From Chloroherpetonaceae bacterium (GTDB taxonomy: Bacteria > Bacteroidota > Chlorobiia > Chlorobiales > Thermochlorobacteraceae): 64,000 bases of DNA. The stretch covers positions 3,635-67,634 of the forward strand of contig JANWWM010000080.1 of the NCBI GenBank assembly GCA_025055975.1, written 5' to 3'. Under the pieces are notes generated by a model. The model was given only the letters and a program-made list of their open reading frames with translations. It did not search any database and was not told the origin of the DNA. A program made the translations under genes and the position numbers. Of the stretch, positions 1 to 12,092 are shown one piece after another (the first letter of the stretch is position 1; each line of letters starts with the position of its first letter).

Positions 1-1
1 T

Positions 2-1081
2 TTGAGCGCGAGCGCGTTTGGACTGTTTGGGGCGATGTTTTTGGATCGATTCAATCGCAAAGTCGCGTTGCTCTCGCTCTATGGCGGGTTTGCGCTCTCG
101 CTTCTCTTTTGCGCTCTTGCGCCGTCGGCGATTCATTTGATTGCGGCGCGAGCGATCGCGGGCGCGTTTGGCGGCTTGATGGTGGCGACGATTTTTTCCG
201 TCATCGGCGACCAAATCGCGCCCGAACGTCAAGGCGTCGCTTTCGGAACGGTTTTGAGTTCGTTTGCCATCGCGTCGGTCGTTGGCGTTCCGTTGGGGCT
301 TTTTCTCGCGGAGCGATTTAGTTGGAACGCGATTTTCTTTCTCAACGCGATTGCGAGCTTTGTCGTTTGGGTGGGGCTTTTGATTCAGTTGCCGCCGATG
401 AACGCGCATCTTTCGCGGAACGATTCGCGGCGCGCGTTTTCGCAAGCGATTGAGATTCTCTCCTCGCGGAGCAACCTTGCGGCGTTTCTCGTCAGCGCGC
501 TCGTCGCCATGGCGAGTTACGCCGTGATTCCGTTCATCAATCCGTTTCTTGCCGCCAATCGCGGACTTTCGGATTCGGAGATCCGATGGCTTTACGTGGC
601 GGGCGGCGTGGCGACGCTTCTCGTTTCGTATCCGACGGGTTGGCTTTCGGACCGCTTCGGCAAGTTTCGGCTTTTCGTCGCAATCAGTTTCGCGCTCGTT
701 CCGCTGACGCTTCTTTTTGCGACGATGCCGACGAGTTCTTACGCGCTCATCGCGTTGGTTTTCGTTCTGTTTATGTCGCTCTCGCGGGCGCGGCGCATTC
801 CCGCGTTGGCGTTGATTACGTCGAGCGTTCCGCCGAAAGTTCGCGCCGGGTTTATGAGCGTGAACGCTTCTTTTGAGCAACTTTTTTCGGGGATTGCCGC
901 ATCGCTTGCGAGTTTGCTCGTGATGCGATTGCCGTCGGGCGAGATTGAAGGCTTTTTGTGGGCGGGGGTTTTGTCGGCGAGCGTCGCGTTGATGGCGGCG
1001 TTTTGTTTGCGCTTCGTGAGACCGCTTGCCGAGAACGACGCGCCTCGACCCAAACCTCTCGGCGAAGCGCTGGCGAAGTGA
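2..1081 (+). CDS. MFS transporter (DHA1/AraJ-like), truncated at the 5' window edge
   Basis: Many hydrophobic helices; MFS loop motifs 'GAMFLDRFNRK' and 'GWLSDRFGK'. Confidence 0.85.
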   Translation: MSASAFGLFGAMFLDRFNRKVALLSLYGGFALSLLFCALAPSAIHLIAARAIAGAFGGLMVATIFSVIGDQIAPERQGVAFGTVLSSFAIASVVGVPLGLFLAERFSWNAIFFLNAIASFVVWVGLLIQLPPMNAHLSRNDSRRAFSQAIEILSSRSNLAAFLVSALVAMASYAVIPFINPFLAANRGLSDSEIRWLYVAGGVATLLVSYPTGWLSDRFGKFRLFVAISFALVPLTLLFATMPTSSYALIALVFVLFMSLSRARRIPALALITSSVPPKVRAGFMSVNASFEQLFSGIAASLASLLVMRLPSGEIEGFLWAGVLSASVALMAAFCLRFVRPLAENDAPRPKPLGEALAK

Positions 1082-1102
1082 TTGCTCCTTGCGCGCCGCG
1101 CC

Positions 1103-1131
1103 TTGCTTGATTCGGAAAGGCGCGTTAAATT
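1103..1131 (+). promoter_or_regulatory. Putative housekeeping promoter for hmgA (TTG-N20-TAAATT)
   Basis: TTG at 1103 and TAAATT at 1126-1131, about 50 nt upstream of the ATG; same geometry as the promoters at 36715-36744 and 56391-56423. Confidence 0.35.
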
Positions 1132-1178
1132 CCGCGAAATTTTGCAAGCAAGCAGAATGAATCCAACTCGAACCCAGT

Positions 1179-2327
1179 ATGTTCTATCATAGGTTGGGAG
1201 CAATCCCGCCGAAACGACACATTCAATTCCGAAAGCCTGACGGGTCGCTCTACGCCGAAGAACTCCTCTCGACCAAAGGCTTTTCCGGCATTTACGCGAA
1301 TGCCTACCGTCTCTCGCCCCCGACGAAAATCAAGCAAATTGGGAAAACCGAAGTTCTCTCGCTCGTGGCGCATCAAGACGACGAGCTTCGCGTTCATCAT
1401 TTGCGAATGAAATCCGCCGAGCGCAAAGGCGATTACCTTTCGTCGCGCGTTCCGATTTTGTTCAATTCCGACGCAACGATTTACATCGCGCTTCCCGCCG
1501 ATGAAACGACCTACTACTACCGCAACGGCGCGTCCGACGAGGTCGTCTTCATTCACGAAGGAAGCGGCGTTTTGGAAAGCGAGCTGGGCGAAGTGGACTT
1601 CAAGCAAGGCGATTACGTCGTCATTCCGCGCGGCGTCACGCATCGCTTCGCGTTTGCGGAGTCGCCGCGCCTCTTCATCATCGAGACGCATTCGCCGATT
1701 CAAACGCCCAAGCGTTATCGCAACGAATTTGGGCAACTCTTGGAACATAGTCCGTTCTGCGAGCGCGATTTGCGACCGCCGACGCGCCTCGTTACGAAAG
1801 AAGAAAAAGGCGAGTTCGAAATTCGAGTCAAGAAAGGCAATTTGATCGCGCGCTATCTCTACGACTATCACCCCTTCGATGTCGTGGGTTGGGACGGCTA
1901 CTATTTTCCGTTCGCGTTCAGCATCTACGATTTCGAGCCAATCACGGGGCGGATTCATCAGCCGCCGCCCGTGCATCAAGTTTTCGAGGCGCACAACGTC
2001 GTGATTTGCAATTTCGTGCCGCGTCTCTACGACTATCACCCGCAAGCGATTCCCGCGCCGTATAACCACAGCAACATTGATTCCGACGAAGTGCTTTACT
2101 ATGTCGACGGGAATTTTATGAGCCGCCGAGGCATTGAGGTCGCGTCTTTGACTTTGCACCCTGGCGGCATTCCGCACGGACCGCATCCGGGCACGGTCGA
2201 AAAGAGCATCGGCGCGAAAGAGACCAAAGAATACGCCGTGATGATCGACACGTTCAGACCGCTTCGCTTGACCGTCGAGGCGATGCGCTTCGACGACGCG
2301 AACTATCCGATGAGTTGGAGCGTTTGA
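1179..2327 (+). CDS. hmgA: Homogentisate 1,2-dioxygenase
   Basis: Motifs 'HPFDVVGWDGY', 'HQPPPVHQ', 'PYNHSNIDSDEVLYY' (Fe ligands His/Glu) and 'GIPHGPHPG'. Confidence 0.93.
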   Translation: MFYHRLGAIPPKRHIQFRKPDGSLYAEELLSTKGFSGIYANAYRLSPPTKIKQIGKTEVLSLVAHQDDELRVHHLRMKSAERKGDYLSSRVPILFNSDATIYIALPADETTYYYRNGASDEVVFIHEGSGVLESELGEVDFKQGDYVVIPRGVTHRFAFAESPRLFIIETHSPIQTPKRYRNEFGQLLEHSPFCERDLRPPTRLVTKEEKGEFEIRVKKGNLIARYLYDYHPFDVVGWDGYYFPFAFSIYDFEPITGRIHQPPPVHQVFEAHNVVICNFVPRLYDYHPQAIPAPYNHSNIDSDEVLYYVDGNFMSRRGIEVASLTLHPGGIPHGPHPGTVEKSIGAKETKEYAVMIDTFRPLRLTVEAMRFDDANYPMSWSV

Positions 2328-2362
2328 ACGGCGCGAGAGCCAAGCGGAACGCCGTTGCGCGC

Positions 2363-2388
2363 CGTCGTTCCGAGCCAAGCGAGGAATC
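2363..2388 (+). repeat. CGTC-type REP-like palindrome, copy 1
   Basis: cgtcgttccgagccaagcgaggaatc; matches five other intergenic copies. Confidence 0.7.
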
Positions 2389-2426
2389 GCAAGCGAAAGG
2401 ATTTAACCAAGCTTCTTGTCGTCGCT

Positions 2427-2936
2427 ATGGGGAGAATGTCGCAAAAGGTGTTGGTGCTGAACCAAAGTTACGAGCCAATGAGCGTCTGCGACGTTCGCAA
2501 GGCGATGATTCTCGTTTTCGCGGGCAAAGCGGAAATGGTGGCGGCGTATCCTGACCAATTCATTCGCTCGGTTTCGGCGGTGTTCCCGATGCCGTCGGTC
2601 GTGCGGCTGATGGTCTTCATCGCCGTGCCTTACAAAAAAATCATGCTCACGCGCCGAAACATTTTGCGCCGAGACGGGAATCAATGCCAATACTGCGGCA
2701 GAACGGACGGACTGACGATCGACCATGTGATTCCCAAGTCGCAAGGCGGCGGCGACACGTGGGAAAATCTCGTTACCGCTTGCACCCGTTGCAACAACAA
2801 GAAAGCCAATCGCACGCCCGAACAAGCGGGAATGCAACTGCGCCGAAAGCCGACTCGCCCGACGCACATTATGTTTATGCAGCGTTTCATCGGCAACGTT
2901 TCGGATGCTTGGAAGCCCTACCTTTACATGGCGTAG
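2427..2936 (+). CDS. HNH endonuclease (McrA-like, conserved 'VLVLN..YEP' family)
   Basis: '[16 protein letters not shown]...[30 protein letters not shown]'; start at ATG 2427 or 2436. Confidence 0.92.
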   Translation: MGRMSQKVLVLNQSYEPMSVCDVRKAMILVFAGKAEMVAAYPDQFIRSVSAVFPMPSVVRLMVFIAVPYKKIMLTRRNILRRDGNQCQYCGRTDGLTIDHVIPKSQGGGDTWENLVTACTRCNNKKANRTPEQAGMQLRRKPTRPTHIMFMQRFIGNVSDAWKPYLYMA

Positions 2937-2941
2937 GAAGT

Positions 2942-2964
2942 CAACCGAAAAGCGGTTGCTTTTT
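2942..2964 (+). terminator. Rho-independent terminator after the HNH gene
   Basis: caaccg-aaaag-cggttg followed by cttttt. Confidence 0.65.
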
Positions 2965-3114
2965 CGTCGCTCTCGTTTCCCTCGAAATCGTCCAAAACGG
3001 CTCTTTCGAAAAATCGTTTTCTCCTCCGCTGCGCGTTGATTTTCATACCTTGCTCCAAATCCCCTGCGGCGCGAAAAACGAAGTTTCGTCAAGCAAACGA
3101 GAGGAGTAGCAACG

Positions 3115-6100
3115 ATGTCCGCATTTGTCGAACCTTCCAACAAAATCCAAACCGAAAAAACGTTCGTCGCCATCGATGGCAACGAAGCCGTCGCTCGCGT
3201 GGCGTATCGTTTGAACGAAGTCATTGCGATTTATCCGATTACGCCCGCCTCGCCGATGGGCGAATGGGCTGACGAATGGTCGAGTCAGCGCGTTCCGAAC
3301 TTGTGGGGGACGGTTCCAACCGTCGTGGAAATGCAGTCCGAAGGCGGCGCGGCAGGCGCGGTTCACGGCGCGGCGCAGACGGGCGCGCTGGCGACGACAT
3401 TTACCGCTTCGCAAGGCTTGCTTTTGATGATTCCGAACATGCACAAAATCGCGGGCGAACTTCTGCCCTTTGTTTTGCATGTGGCGGCGCGTTCTTTGGC
3501 GACGCACGCGCTTTCCATCTTCGGCGACCATAGCGACGTGATGGCGGCGCGCGCCACGGGCTTTGCGATGCTTTGCTCGAACTCCGTTCAAGAAGCGCAA
3601 GACTTCGCCCTTTTGGCGCAAGCCACGACGCTCAATACGCGCGTGCCCTTCGTTCATTTCTTCGATGGCTTCCGCACCTCGCACGAAATCAACAAAATCG
3701 AACTGCTTTCCGACGACGCGATGCGCGAGATGATTGACGAGCGTCTGATCGCCGAACATCGTCGCCGCAGGCTCGCGCCCGAACATCCCGTCATTCGCGG
3801 CACGGCGCACAATCCCGACACTTACTTCCAAGCCCGCGAGCGTTCCAATCCGTTCTACGTCGCCACGATCGACGCTTTGGACGAAATCTTCAAACGCTTC
3901 GCTTCGCTCACGGGGCGACGCTATCGCCTCTTCGACTACTACGGCGCGCCCGACGCGGAGCGCGTCATCGTGATGATGGGGTCGGGCGTTGAAACGGCAA
4001 GAGAAACCGCCGACTATCTCAACGCGCGCGGCGAAAAACTCGGCGTCATCGCCGTCCGATTGTTCCGCCCGTTTAGCGTTCTGCATTTCATCAACGCTCT
4101 GCCAAGAAGCGTCAAAGCGATCGCGGTCTTGGACAGAACGAAAGAATCGGGGGCGACGGGCGAGCCGCTCTACCTCGATGTGATGAGCGCGATTTATGAA
4201 GGCTTGCGCGGACGCGAGTTGCCGCTCGTCGTCGGCGGTCGTTACGGCTTGTCGTCAAAAGAATTCACGCCTGCGATGGCGAAAGCCGTCTTCGATAATC
4301 TCAAAAGCCCCGCGCCCAAAAATCGCTTCACGGTCGGCATTCACGACGACATCTCGCATTCAAGCCTCGATTGCGACGATTCGTTCTCGATTGAAGCGGA
4401 GGACGTAACGCGAGCGATCTTCTACGGACTTGGCTCCGACGGCACGGTTGGGGCGAACAAAAACTCCATCAAAATCATCGCCGAAAACACCGACCACTAC
4501 GCGCAGGGCTACTTCGTCTATGATTCCAAAAAGTCAGGCTCGATGACGATTTCGCATCTGCGCTTCGGGACGCGACCGATTCGCGCGCCGTATCTCATCA
4601 GCGAAGCGCAGTTTCTCGCTTGCCATCAGTGGCAATTCATCGAGCGTTACGATATGCTCAAACGCCTCAAAAAAGGCGGCACGTTTTTGCTCAACGCCCC
4701 GCATTCGCCCGACGAAGTTTGGGACAAATTGCCGCGCAAAGTCCAAGAAGAGTTGATTCAGAAGGAAGCGAAGTTCTACGTGATCGACGCTTACAAGGTT
4801 GCGCGCGAAAACGGCATGGCGGGGCGCATCAACGCCGTGATGCAAACATGTTTCTTTGCGATTTCGGGCGCGCTTCCGAGAGAAGAAGCCATCGCGCAAA
4901 TCAAAGAGTCCATCAAGAAAACTTACAAGAAAAAAGGCGAAGCGGTCGTGGCGAAAAATCTCGCCGCCGTCGATGACGCGCTGGCGCATCTCTACGAGGT
5001 CAAAGTTCCGAAAGAAGCCACGAGCCTAATTGAGATGCGCTCGCCCGTAACGCCTGACGCGCCCGATTTCGTCGTCGATGTTTTGGGCAAAATCATTCTC
5101 GGCGAAGGCGACGAGTTGCCCGTGAGCGCGTTCCCCGTCGATGGCACATATCCCGTCGGCACGGCGCGATACGAAAAGCGCAATCTCGCCAAAGAGATTC
5201 CGACTTGGGACGCATCGCTTTGCGTTCAATGCGGCAAGTGCGCGATGATTTGTCCGCATGCGGCGATTCGTGAAAAGGTCTACGAGCCAAGTCTCCTTGC
5301 TGGCGCGCCCGAAGGCTTCAAATGGACGGCGGGCAAAGACCGCAGTTGGCAAGGAATGAACTTCACGATTCAAGTCGCGCCCGAAGATTGCACGGGTTGT
5401 TCGCTCTGCGTCGATGTTTGTCCCGCGCAAAGCAAAACCGAACCGAATCACAAAGCGTTGAACATGACGCCGCAAGCGCCTCTGCGCGAGCAAGAACGGC
5501 GCAATTGGGAATTTTTTCTCTCGATTCCCGAATACGACCGTCGCCACATCAACGCGAGCGTCATCAAGCAACAACAGTTGCAAGAGCCGCTGTTTGAGTT
5601 TTCAGGCGCATGCGCGGGGTGCGGGGAAACGCCGTATCTCAAACTGCTCTCGCAACTTTTCGGCGACCGCGCCATCGTCGCCAACGCGACGGGGTGCTCG
5701 TCCATCTACGGAGGCAACCTTCCCACGACGCCTTGGTCGAAAAACAAAGATGGCTACGGTCCCGCTTGGGCAAACTCGCTCTTCGAGGACAACGCCGAGT
5801 TTGGCTACGGCTTCCGCATTTCCATCGACAAGCAACGCGAGTTCGCCGTCGAGATTCTCAAAGCGCATTCGGACGAAATCGGCGAAACGCTCGCACACGC
5901 CATCCTCAACGCCAAGCAAAAGACCGAAGCCGACATTTACGACCAACGCGAGCGCGTCGAGATTCTCAAAGCGCGCTTGCGAGAGCTCGATGCCGATTGG
6001 GCGAAACGCTTGTTGGAGGTCGCCGACATGCTCGTCAAAAAATCGATCTGGATCGTCGGCGGCGACGGTTGGGCTTACGACATTGGCTACGGCGGACTCG

Positions 6101-6699
6101 ACCACGTGCTTGCGAGCGGCAAGGACGTCAACATCCTCGTGCTCGACACGGAAGTGTATTCCAACACGGGCGGTCAAGCATCGAAAGCCACGCCGCGCAG
6201 CGCGATCGCCAAATTCGCTTCGGGCGGAAAAGCCGCGCCAAAGAAGGATTTGGGATTGATGGCGATGACCTACGGCAACGTCTATGTCGCCAGCGTCGCA
6301 ATGGGCGCGCGCGACGAACATACGCTTCGCGCCTTCTTGGAAGCCGAAGCCTACGAGGGCGTTTCGCTCATCATCGCCTATTCGCACTGCATCGCGCACG
6401 GCTTGGACATGCGCGACGCGCTGCATCACCAAAAAGCGATGGTCGAGTCGGGGCAATGGCTTCTCTATCGCTACAATCCCGAACTTCTCGCCAAAGGCGA
6501 AAATCCGTTGCGGCTCGATAGCAAAGCGCCGAAACTTTCGGTCAAGGAATTTCTGGAGTCGGAAAATCGATTCGCGCAGTTGGAGAAATCTCGCCCCGAC
6601 GAAGCCGAAAAACTCTTTGCCGAAGCGGCGCGCGACGCGGATGCGCGCTATCGCCTCTACGAATTTTTGGCTTCGCGCAAGTTCAACGGCAATGCGTAA
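3115..6699 (+). CDS. nifJ: Pyruvate:ferredoxin (flavodoxin) oxidoreductase, homodimeric type
   Basis: 'YPITP', 'MQSEGGAAG', two CxxCxxC..CP ferredoxin motifs, 'GACAGCGE', TPP motif 'GGDGWAYDIG'; GAGGAG SD upstream. Confidence 0.97.
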   Translation: MSAFVEPSNKIQTEKTFVAIDGNEAVARVAYRLNEVIAIYPITPASPMGEWADEWSSQRVPNLWGTVPTVVEMQSEGGAAGAVHGAAQTGALATTFTASQGLLLMIPNMHKIAGELLPFVLHVAARSLATHALSIFGDHSDVMAARATGFAMLCSNSVQEAQDFALLAQATTLNTRVPFVHFFDGFRTSHEINKIELLSDDAMREMIDERLIAEHRRRRLAPEHPVIRGTAHNPDTYFQARERSNPFYVATIDALDEIFKRFASLTGRRYRLFDYYGAPDAERVIVMMGSGVETARETADYLNARGEKLGVIAVRLFRPFSVLHFINALPRSVKAIAVLDRTKESGATGEPLYLDVMSAIYEGLRGRELPLVVGGRYGLSSKEFTPAMAKAVFDNLKSPAPKNRFTVGIHDDISHSSLDCDDSFSIEAEDVTRAIFYGLGSDGTVGANKNSIKIIAENTDHYAQGYFVYDSKKSGSMTISHLRFGTRPIRAPYLISEAQFLACHQWQFIERYDMLKRLKKGGTFLLNAPHSPDEVWDKLPRKVQEELIQKEAKFYVIDAYKVARENGMAGRINAVMQTCFFAISGALPREEAIAQIKESIKKTYKKKGEAVVAKNLAAVDDALAHLYEVKVPKEATSLIEMRSPVTPDAPDFVVDVLGKIILGEGDELPVSAFPVDGTYPVGTARYEKRNLAKEIPTWDASLCVQCGKCAMICPHAAIREKVYEPSLLAGAPEGFKWTAGKDRSWQGMNFTIQVAPEDCTGCSLCVDVCPAQSKTEPNHKALNMTPQAPLREQERRNWEFFLSIPEYDRRHINASVIKQQQLQEPLFEFSGACAGCGETPYLKLLSQLFGDRAIVANATGCSSIYGGNLPTTPWSKNKDGYGPAWANSLFEDNAEFGYGFRISIDKQREFAVEILKAHSDEIGETLAHAILNAKQKTEADIYDQRERVEILKARLRELDADWAKRLLEVADMLVKKSIWIVGGDGWAYDIGYGGLDHVLASGKDVNILVLDTEVYSNTGGQASKATPRSAIAKFASGGKAAPKKDLGLMAMTYGNVYVASVAMGARDEHTLRAFLEAEAYEGVSLIIAYSHCIAHGLDMRDALHHQKAMVESGQWLLYRYNPELLAKGENPLRLDSKAPKLSVKEFLESENRFAQLEKSRPDEAEKLFAEAARDADARYRLYEFLASRKFNGNA

Positions 6700-6718
6700 C
6701 GAGCGTCGTTTTCTCAAA

Positions 6719-6743
6719 GCGGGCGAGTCAGCGCCTCGCCCGC
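6719..6743. terminator. GC-rich hairpin between convergent nifJ and pyk
   Basis: gcgggcgag-N7-ctcgcccgc, a perfect 9-bp stem. Confidence 0.55.
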
Positions 6744-6801
6744 TCAATCTTCCCGACGCGCCGAAAGAGAAATTCCGCCTTTGCTGAAAAGCGCGAAACT
6801 T

Positions 6802-8238
<1,437 letters not shown>

Positions 8239-8295
8239 TTTGCGACAGGTTGGCTTTTGAGAAGGCGATGACTTCGCGGCATTGATGAGACGAGC

Positions 8296-8334
8296 AAAAA
8301 TAAAAAGGCTCTCCGTTTTTGCGAAGAGCCTTTG
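8296..8334 (-). terminator. Rho-independent terminator after glyA
   Basis: Minus strand aaaggctct...agagccttt followed by ttatttttg. Confidence 0.65.
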
Positions 8335-8344
8335 AAGGCGGAAT

Positions 8345-9658
8345 TTACGCCGCCACGAAATCGTAGAGCGGGAATTTGGACATAAGTTCTTTGACTTCTT
8401 GCTTGGACTTGGCGCAAAGTTCCTCGATGCTGGCGGAACGCGCGTTGCGAAGGATTCGGTCGATCCGCTCGGCGATGAGTTCGGCTTCGGCTTCTTTCAT
8501 TCCGCGCGTGGTCATCGCCGCCGTGCCAATGCGAATGCCGCTCGTGATGAAGGGGCTTTTGTCGTCGAAAGGCACCATGTTCTTGTTCGTCGTAAAGCCT
8601 GCCTCGTGAAGCAGGTGTTCGGCTTCCTTGCCCGTGATGTTCTTGTTGCGCAAGTCAATGAGCATCAAGTGATTGTCCGTTCCGCCCGAAATGATGTCGT
8701 AGCCGAGCGAGAGGAATTTTCGCGCCATCGCCGCCGCGTTCTTTTTGACTTGAAGCGCGTAGTCTTTGAATTCGGACTTCAAGTTTTCGCCGAAGGCGAC
8801 GGCTTTGCCCGCGATGATGTGCATTAGCGGTCCGCCCTGAACGCCGGGCATCACTTCGCTGTCGATGATTTCCGACATCATCTTCAATCGCTCGCCGTTT
8901 TTCGTCTTGACCTTGATTCCCATCGGATTTTCAAAGTCTTTGCCCATCAAAATCACGCCTCCTCTCGGACCGCGCAGGGTTTTGTGCGTCGTTGAAGTAA
9001 CGAAGTGGCAATGTGGAAGAGGGTTGTTCAAAAGCCCTGCGGCGATAAGCCCTGCGGGGTGGGCGATGTCGGCAAGCAGAAACGCGCCGACGCTATCGGC
9101 GATGTCGCGGAAGGCTTTGAAATCCCAATCGCGCGAGTAAGCGCTCGCGCCGCAAATGATGAGTTTGGGCTTGACCTGCCGAGCGATGTCGGCGACGCGG
9201 TTCATATCGATTCGCCCCGTCTCTTTTTCTACGCCATAGAAATGCGCCTTGAACAATTTGCCCGAAAAATTGACGGGCGAACCGTGCGTGAGATGTCCGC
9301 CATGCGATAGGTCGAAGCCAAGAATCGCGTCGCCAGGCTTCAAGACGGCAAAGAAAACCGCCATGTTGGCGTTGGAGCCAGAGTGCGGCTGAACGTTGGC
9401 GTATTCCGCGCCGAAAAGTTTTTTGACGCGCTCGCGGGCGAGATTTTCGGCGATGTCGACAAATTCGCAACCGCCGTAGTAGCGCTTGCCTGGGTAGCCC
9501 TCGGCATATTTGTTGGTCATCACCGAACCGCAGGCTTCCATCACGGCGCGACTGGCGAAATTTTCAGAGGCGATCAACTCAATCGTGTCGGTCTGACGCT
9601 CCAATTCGGATTGAATCGCGGCGTAAATTTCAGGGTCGGCATAGCGAAGCGCGTCCAT
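8345..9658 (-). CDS. glyA: Serine hydroxymethyltransferase
   Basis: 'LIASEN', '[17 protein letters not shown]', 'GGHLTHG', PLP lysine motif '[13 protein letters not shown]'. Confidence 0.98.
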   Translation of the reverse strand: MDALRYADPEIYAAIQSELERQTDTIELIASENFASRAVMEACGSVMTNKYAEGYPGKRYYGGCEFVDIAENLARERVKKLFGAEYANVQPHSGSNANMAVFFAVLKPGDAILGFDLSHGGHLTHGSPVNFSGKLFKAHFYGVEKETGRIDMNRVADIARQVKPKLIICGASAYSRDWDFKAFRDIADSVGAFLLADIAHPAGLIAAGLLNNPLPHCHFVTSTTHKTLRGPRGGVILMGKDFENPMGIKVKTKNGERLKMMSEIIDSEVMPGVQGGPLMHIIAGKAVAFGENLKSEFKDYALQVKKNAAAMARKFLSLGYDIISGGTDNHLMLIDLRNKNITGKEAEHLLHEAGFTTNKNMVPFDDKSPFITSGIRIGTAAMTTRGMKEAEAELIAERIDRILRNARSASIEELCAKSKQEVKELMSKFPLYDFVAA

Positions 9659-9676
9659 TTTCGTGAAAGTTTTAGG

Positions 9677-12088
9677 TTAAACGGAAGGCTTGTTTGAGAA
9701 CCGATCGACAATCGCGTCCAAGAAGGTCTTTTTGATCGGCTGCGGGTTTTTCGACTCGTAGTAGTAGTTGTAGTAGCGGTAGTATTTGTAGTAAGAACCG
9801 TAGGCGTTGTAGATATCGAAGTTGTTCAAGACCATTCCCACGACTTTCCCGCCGACTTTCAAGATGAGTTCTTTGGAGCGCTTGGCAAGTTCGGTTTGCG
9901 TAATGCCTGACGAAACGACGAGAAGCATTCCATCGACCAACGTGGCAACGACTTGCGCGTCGGTAACGGCGATGATGGGCGGCGTATCAATCAAAACGAT
10001 GTCGTATCGCGCGCGCATTTCGGCGAGAAACTCCTTCATTCGTTGCGAGCCGATGAGTTCCGACGGGTTTGGCGGAATCGTGCCCGACGTGATGATGTCG
10101 AGGTTGCGAATCGGCGAGTTGCGGATGATGTCGTCAACCGTGGCGCGTCCGACGAGAAAATTCGTGATGCCAGGTTCCTTGTTGTAGCCGAAAACGGCAT
10201 GCAGAATCGGGCGGCGAAGATCGCAATCAATCAAAAGCGCTTTTTGCCCGCCTTGCGCGATGGTGATGGCAAGGTTCGAAATCGTGGTGGATTTGCCTTC
10301 TTTGGGCGCGGAACTGGTGACGGCGTAAAGACTGCCAATCTTGTTTCCATCGGCTTGAACGGGATTGGCGCGGGAAAAGAGCAAACTGGTTCGCAAGGCG
10401 CGATAGGCTTCGGAAACCGAGCTTTTGGGATCGAAATGCGTAACGAGATGCGACGCGATTTTGCGCGACTCCGATTCCGAACCCTCAATCACCTTGACAT
10501 TAGACGATGCTCTCGAGCGAAGATTCTCGTCGAAGGTTTCAATGACGGGAATCGTGGCGAGGAGAACGCCGATTTTCTCCGCTTGCTCTGGCGTGTGAAT
10601 GCTTCGGTCAAGGGTATGAATCAGCGTCACGACGCCCGCGCCCAAAGCCAATCCAATCACGATGCCGAACATAATCGTGATGTTTCGTTTGGGCGCGACG
10701 GGTTCATAGTTCGGAACCGCCAAGTCCACTATCTCCACGCCGCTTGGCACTTGTTCTTCGGCGATTAAGGCTTCTTGATAACGCTTCTCGAGCAGGTTGT
10801 AAAGTTCTTGATACGTTTGCGCGTTGCGTTGAAGACGCGCGAACTCAATGTTCTTCGCGGGGGTTTTGAGAAAGGCTTTGTCGTATTCTTCGGCGAGCTT
10901 GCGATAGGCGGCAAGGCGCGATTGAACGCCGATGATTTCCAGCTCAGTCGCCAGTTTTTTCTTGGCGACGTCTTGATAGTATTCGGGATAATTGATGTTG
11001 GCGTAGCCTTGTTTGACTTGCTGTTCGAACTCGCGTTGCAGTTTTTGCTTGTAGATCTCGATTTCCGCGTCGAACTGCTTGAGCTGCATCTGAACGTTTT
11101 GGTTGTCTTGGTTGGGGTCGGAGAGGATTTTGTCGCGCTCGACTTGTTTTTGAGCGATGACTTGTTGGAAGAGCTTGGCGTAGTATTCCGTGCTGGCTTG
11201 AACGGCGGCGTCGGACAGTTTGGGTTCGAGGGCGGTCATTTCTTGCTTGTAAGCGTTGAGCGAGGCGGTGAGCGCGTTGAGCATCACTTCGGCTTCGTCG
11301 ACCTTGGCGAGCGCTTCGGAGTAGCGCGCAATCATTCGGTTTGATTCTTCGCCGATGGCGACGACGCGCTGTTCCTCCATATAGCGTTGCAGGCGCTCTT
11401 CGCTATCTTGCAGCTTCGCGCGTTTTTGCTCCAACTGCTCTTGCAGAAACACGCGCAGCGCCGTTGCGGCTTTGCTGGCGGATTTTTTCTTGCGCTCCTC
11501 ATATGCTTTGACGATGGCGCGCGAAACGAGCGCGGCTTCTTGCGGACTGGACGCGCGAAAACTCACTTCCATAAAGGTGCTGCCTTTGGCGAGCTTCACC
11601 TCAACTCCGCTACGCACGCGAGCCGCAATCACATCGATCGGCGCGATGCCGCCCTTGCCATCTTTGATGATTTCAAGCGTATCCGCGGGCGCGCTGGGAT
11701 TTTGATAGACGGCTTGCGTGAGCGCGTATGCCACTTCCTCGCCGAGCGTGCGACTTTTGAGAATTTGAACCTCGTTCTCGCGGTCTTGGTTTTCTTTGTC
11801 AATCCCCAAGCTCACGATCACCGAGGCGTTTGACGAAGGATTGCGAAGAATGAGCGTCGTGGTGCTTTCATACACGTTTGGCTGCGAATAGGCGATGAAC
11901 ATCGATATCAAAACCGAGGAGACGAAAACCGTTAGAATGATCCATTTGCCTTTGGCAAACGCGCGCAAGTAGCCTGGCAAATCAAATTCGTTTGATTGAC
12001 TTTCCTGCAACGCTTGTTGGAGTTGGCGATAGGTCGGATTGTCTTGCAGGGCGTTGACGTTTCCGTTGAAACCGTTTGCGTTGTTCAT
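9677..12088 (-). CDS. wzc: Polysaccharide co-polymerase / BY-kinase (Wzc/GumC family)
   Basis: Two TM segments flanking a long coiled coil; Walker A 'PKEGKST', 'LIDCDLRRP', 'LIDTPP'; C-terminal tyrosine cluster 'YGSYYKYYRYYNYYY'. ATG 12088 (TTG 12100 alternative). Confidence 0.92.
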   Translation of the reverse strand: MNNANGFNGNVNALQDNPTYRQLQQALQESQSNEFDLPGYLRAFAKGKWIILTVFVSSVLISMFIAYSQPNVYESTTTLILRNPSSNASVIVSLGIDKENQDRENEVQILKSRTLGEEVAYALTQAVYQNPSAPADTLEIIKDGKGGIAPIDVIAARVRSGVEVKLAKGSTFMEVSFRASSPQEAALVSRAIVKAYEERKKKSASKAATALRVFLQEQLEQKRAKLQDSEERLQRYMEEQRVVAIGEESNRMIARYSEALAKVDEAEVMLNALTASLNAYKQEMTALEPKLSDAAVQASTEYYAKLFQQVIAQKQVERDKILSDPNQDNQNVQMQLKQFDAEIEIYKQKLQREFEQQVKQGYANINYPEYYQDVAKKKLATELEIIGVQSRLAAYRKLAEEYDKAFLKTPAKNIEFARLQRNAQTYQELYNLLEKRYQEALIAEEQVPSGVEIVDLAVPNYEPVAPKRNITIMFGIVIGLALGAGVVTLIHTLDRSIHTPEQAEKIGVLLATIPVIETFDENLRSRASSNVKVIEGSESESRKIASHLVTHFDPKSSVSEAYRALRTSLLFSRANPVQADGNKIGSLYAVTSSAPKEGKSTTISNLAITIAQGGQKALLIDCDLRRPILHAVFGYNKEPGITNFLVGRATVDDIIRNSPIRNLDIITSGTIPPNPSELIGSQRMKEFLAEMRARYDIVLIDTPPIIAVTDAQVVATLVDGMLLVVSSGITQTELAKRSKELILKVGGKVVGMVLNNFDIYNAYGSYYKYYRYYNYYYESKNPQPIKKTFLDAIVDRFSNKPSV

Positions 12089-12092
12089 AGCG

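Noticed and set aside
2427..2936. HNH gene as a mobile homing endonuclease, IscB or defence system
   Set aside because: It is the short, widely conserved stand-alone family, with no RuvC segments, intron, methylase or IS ends.
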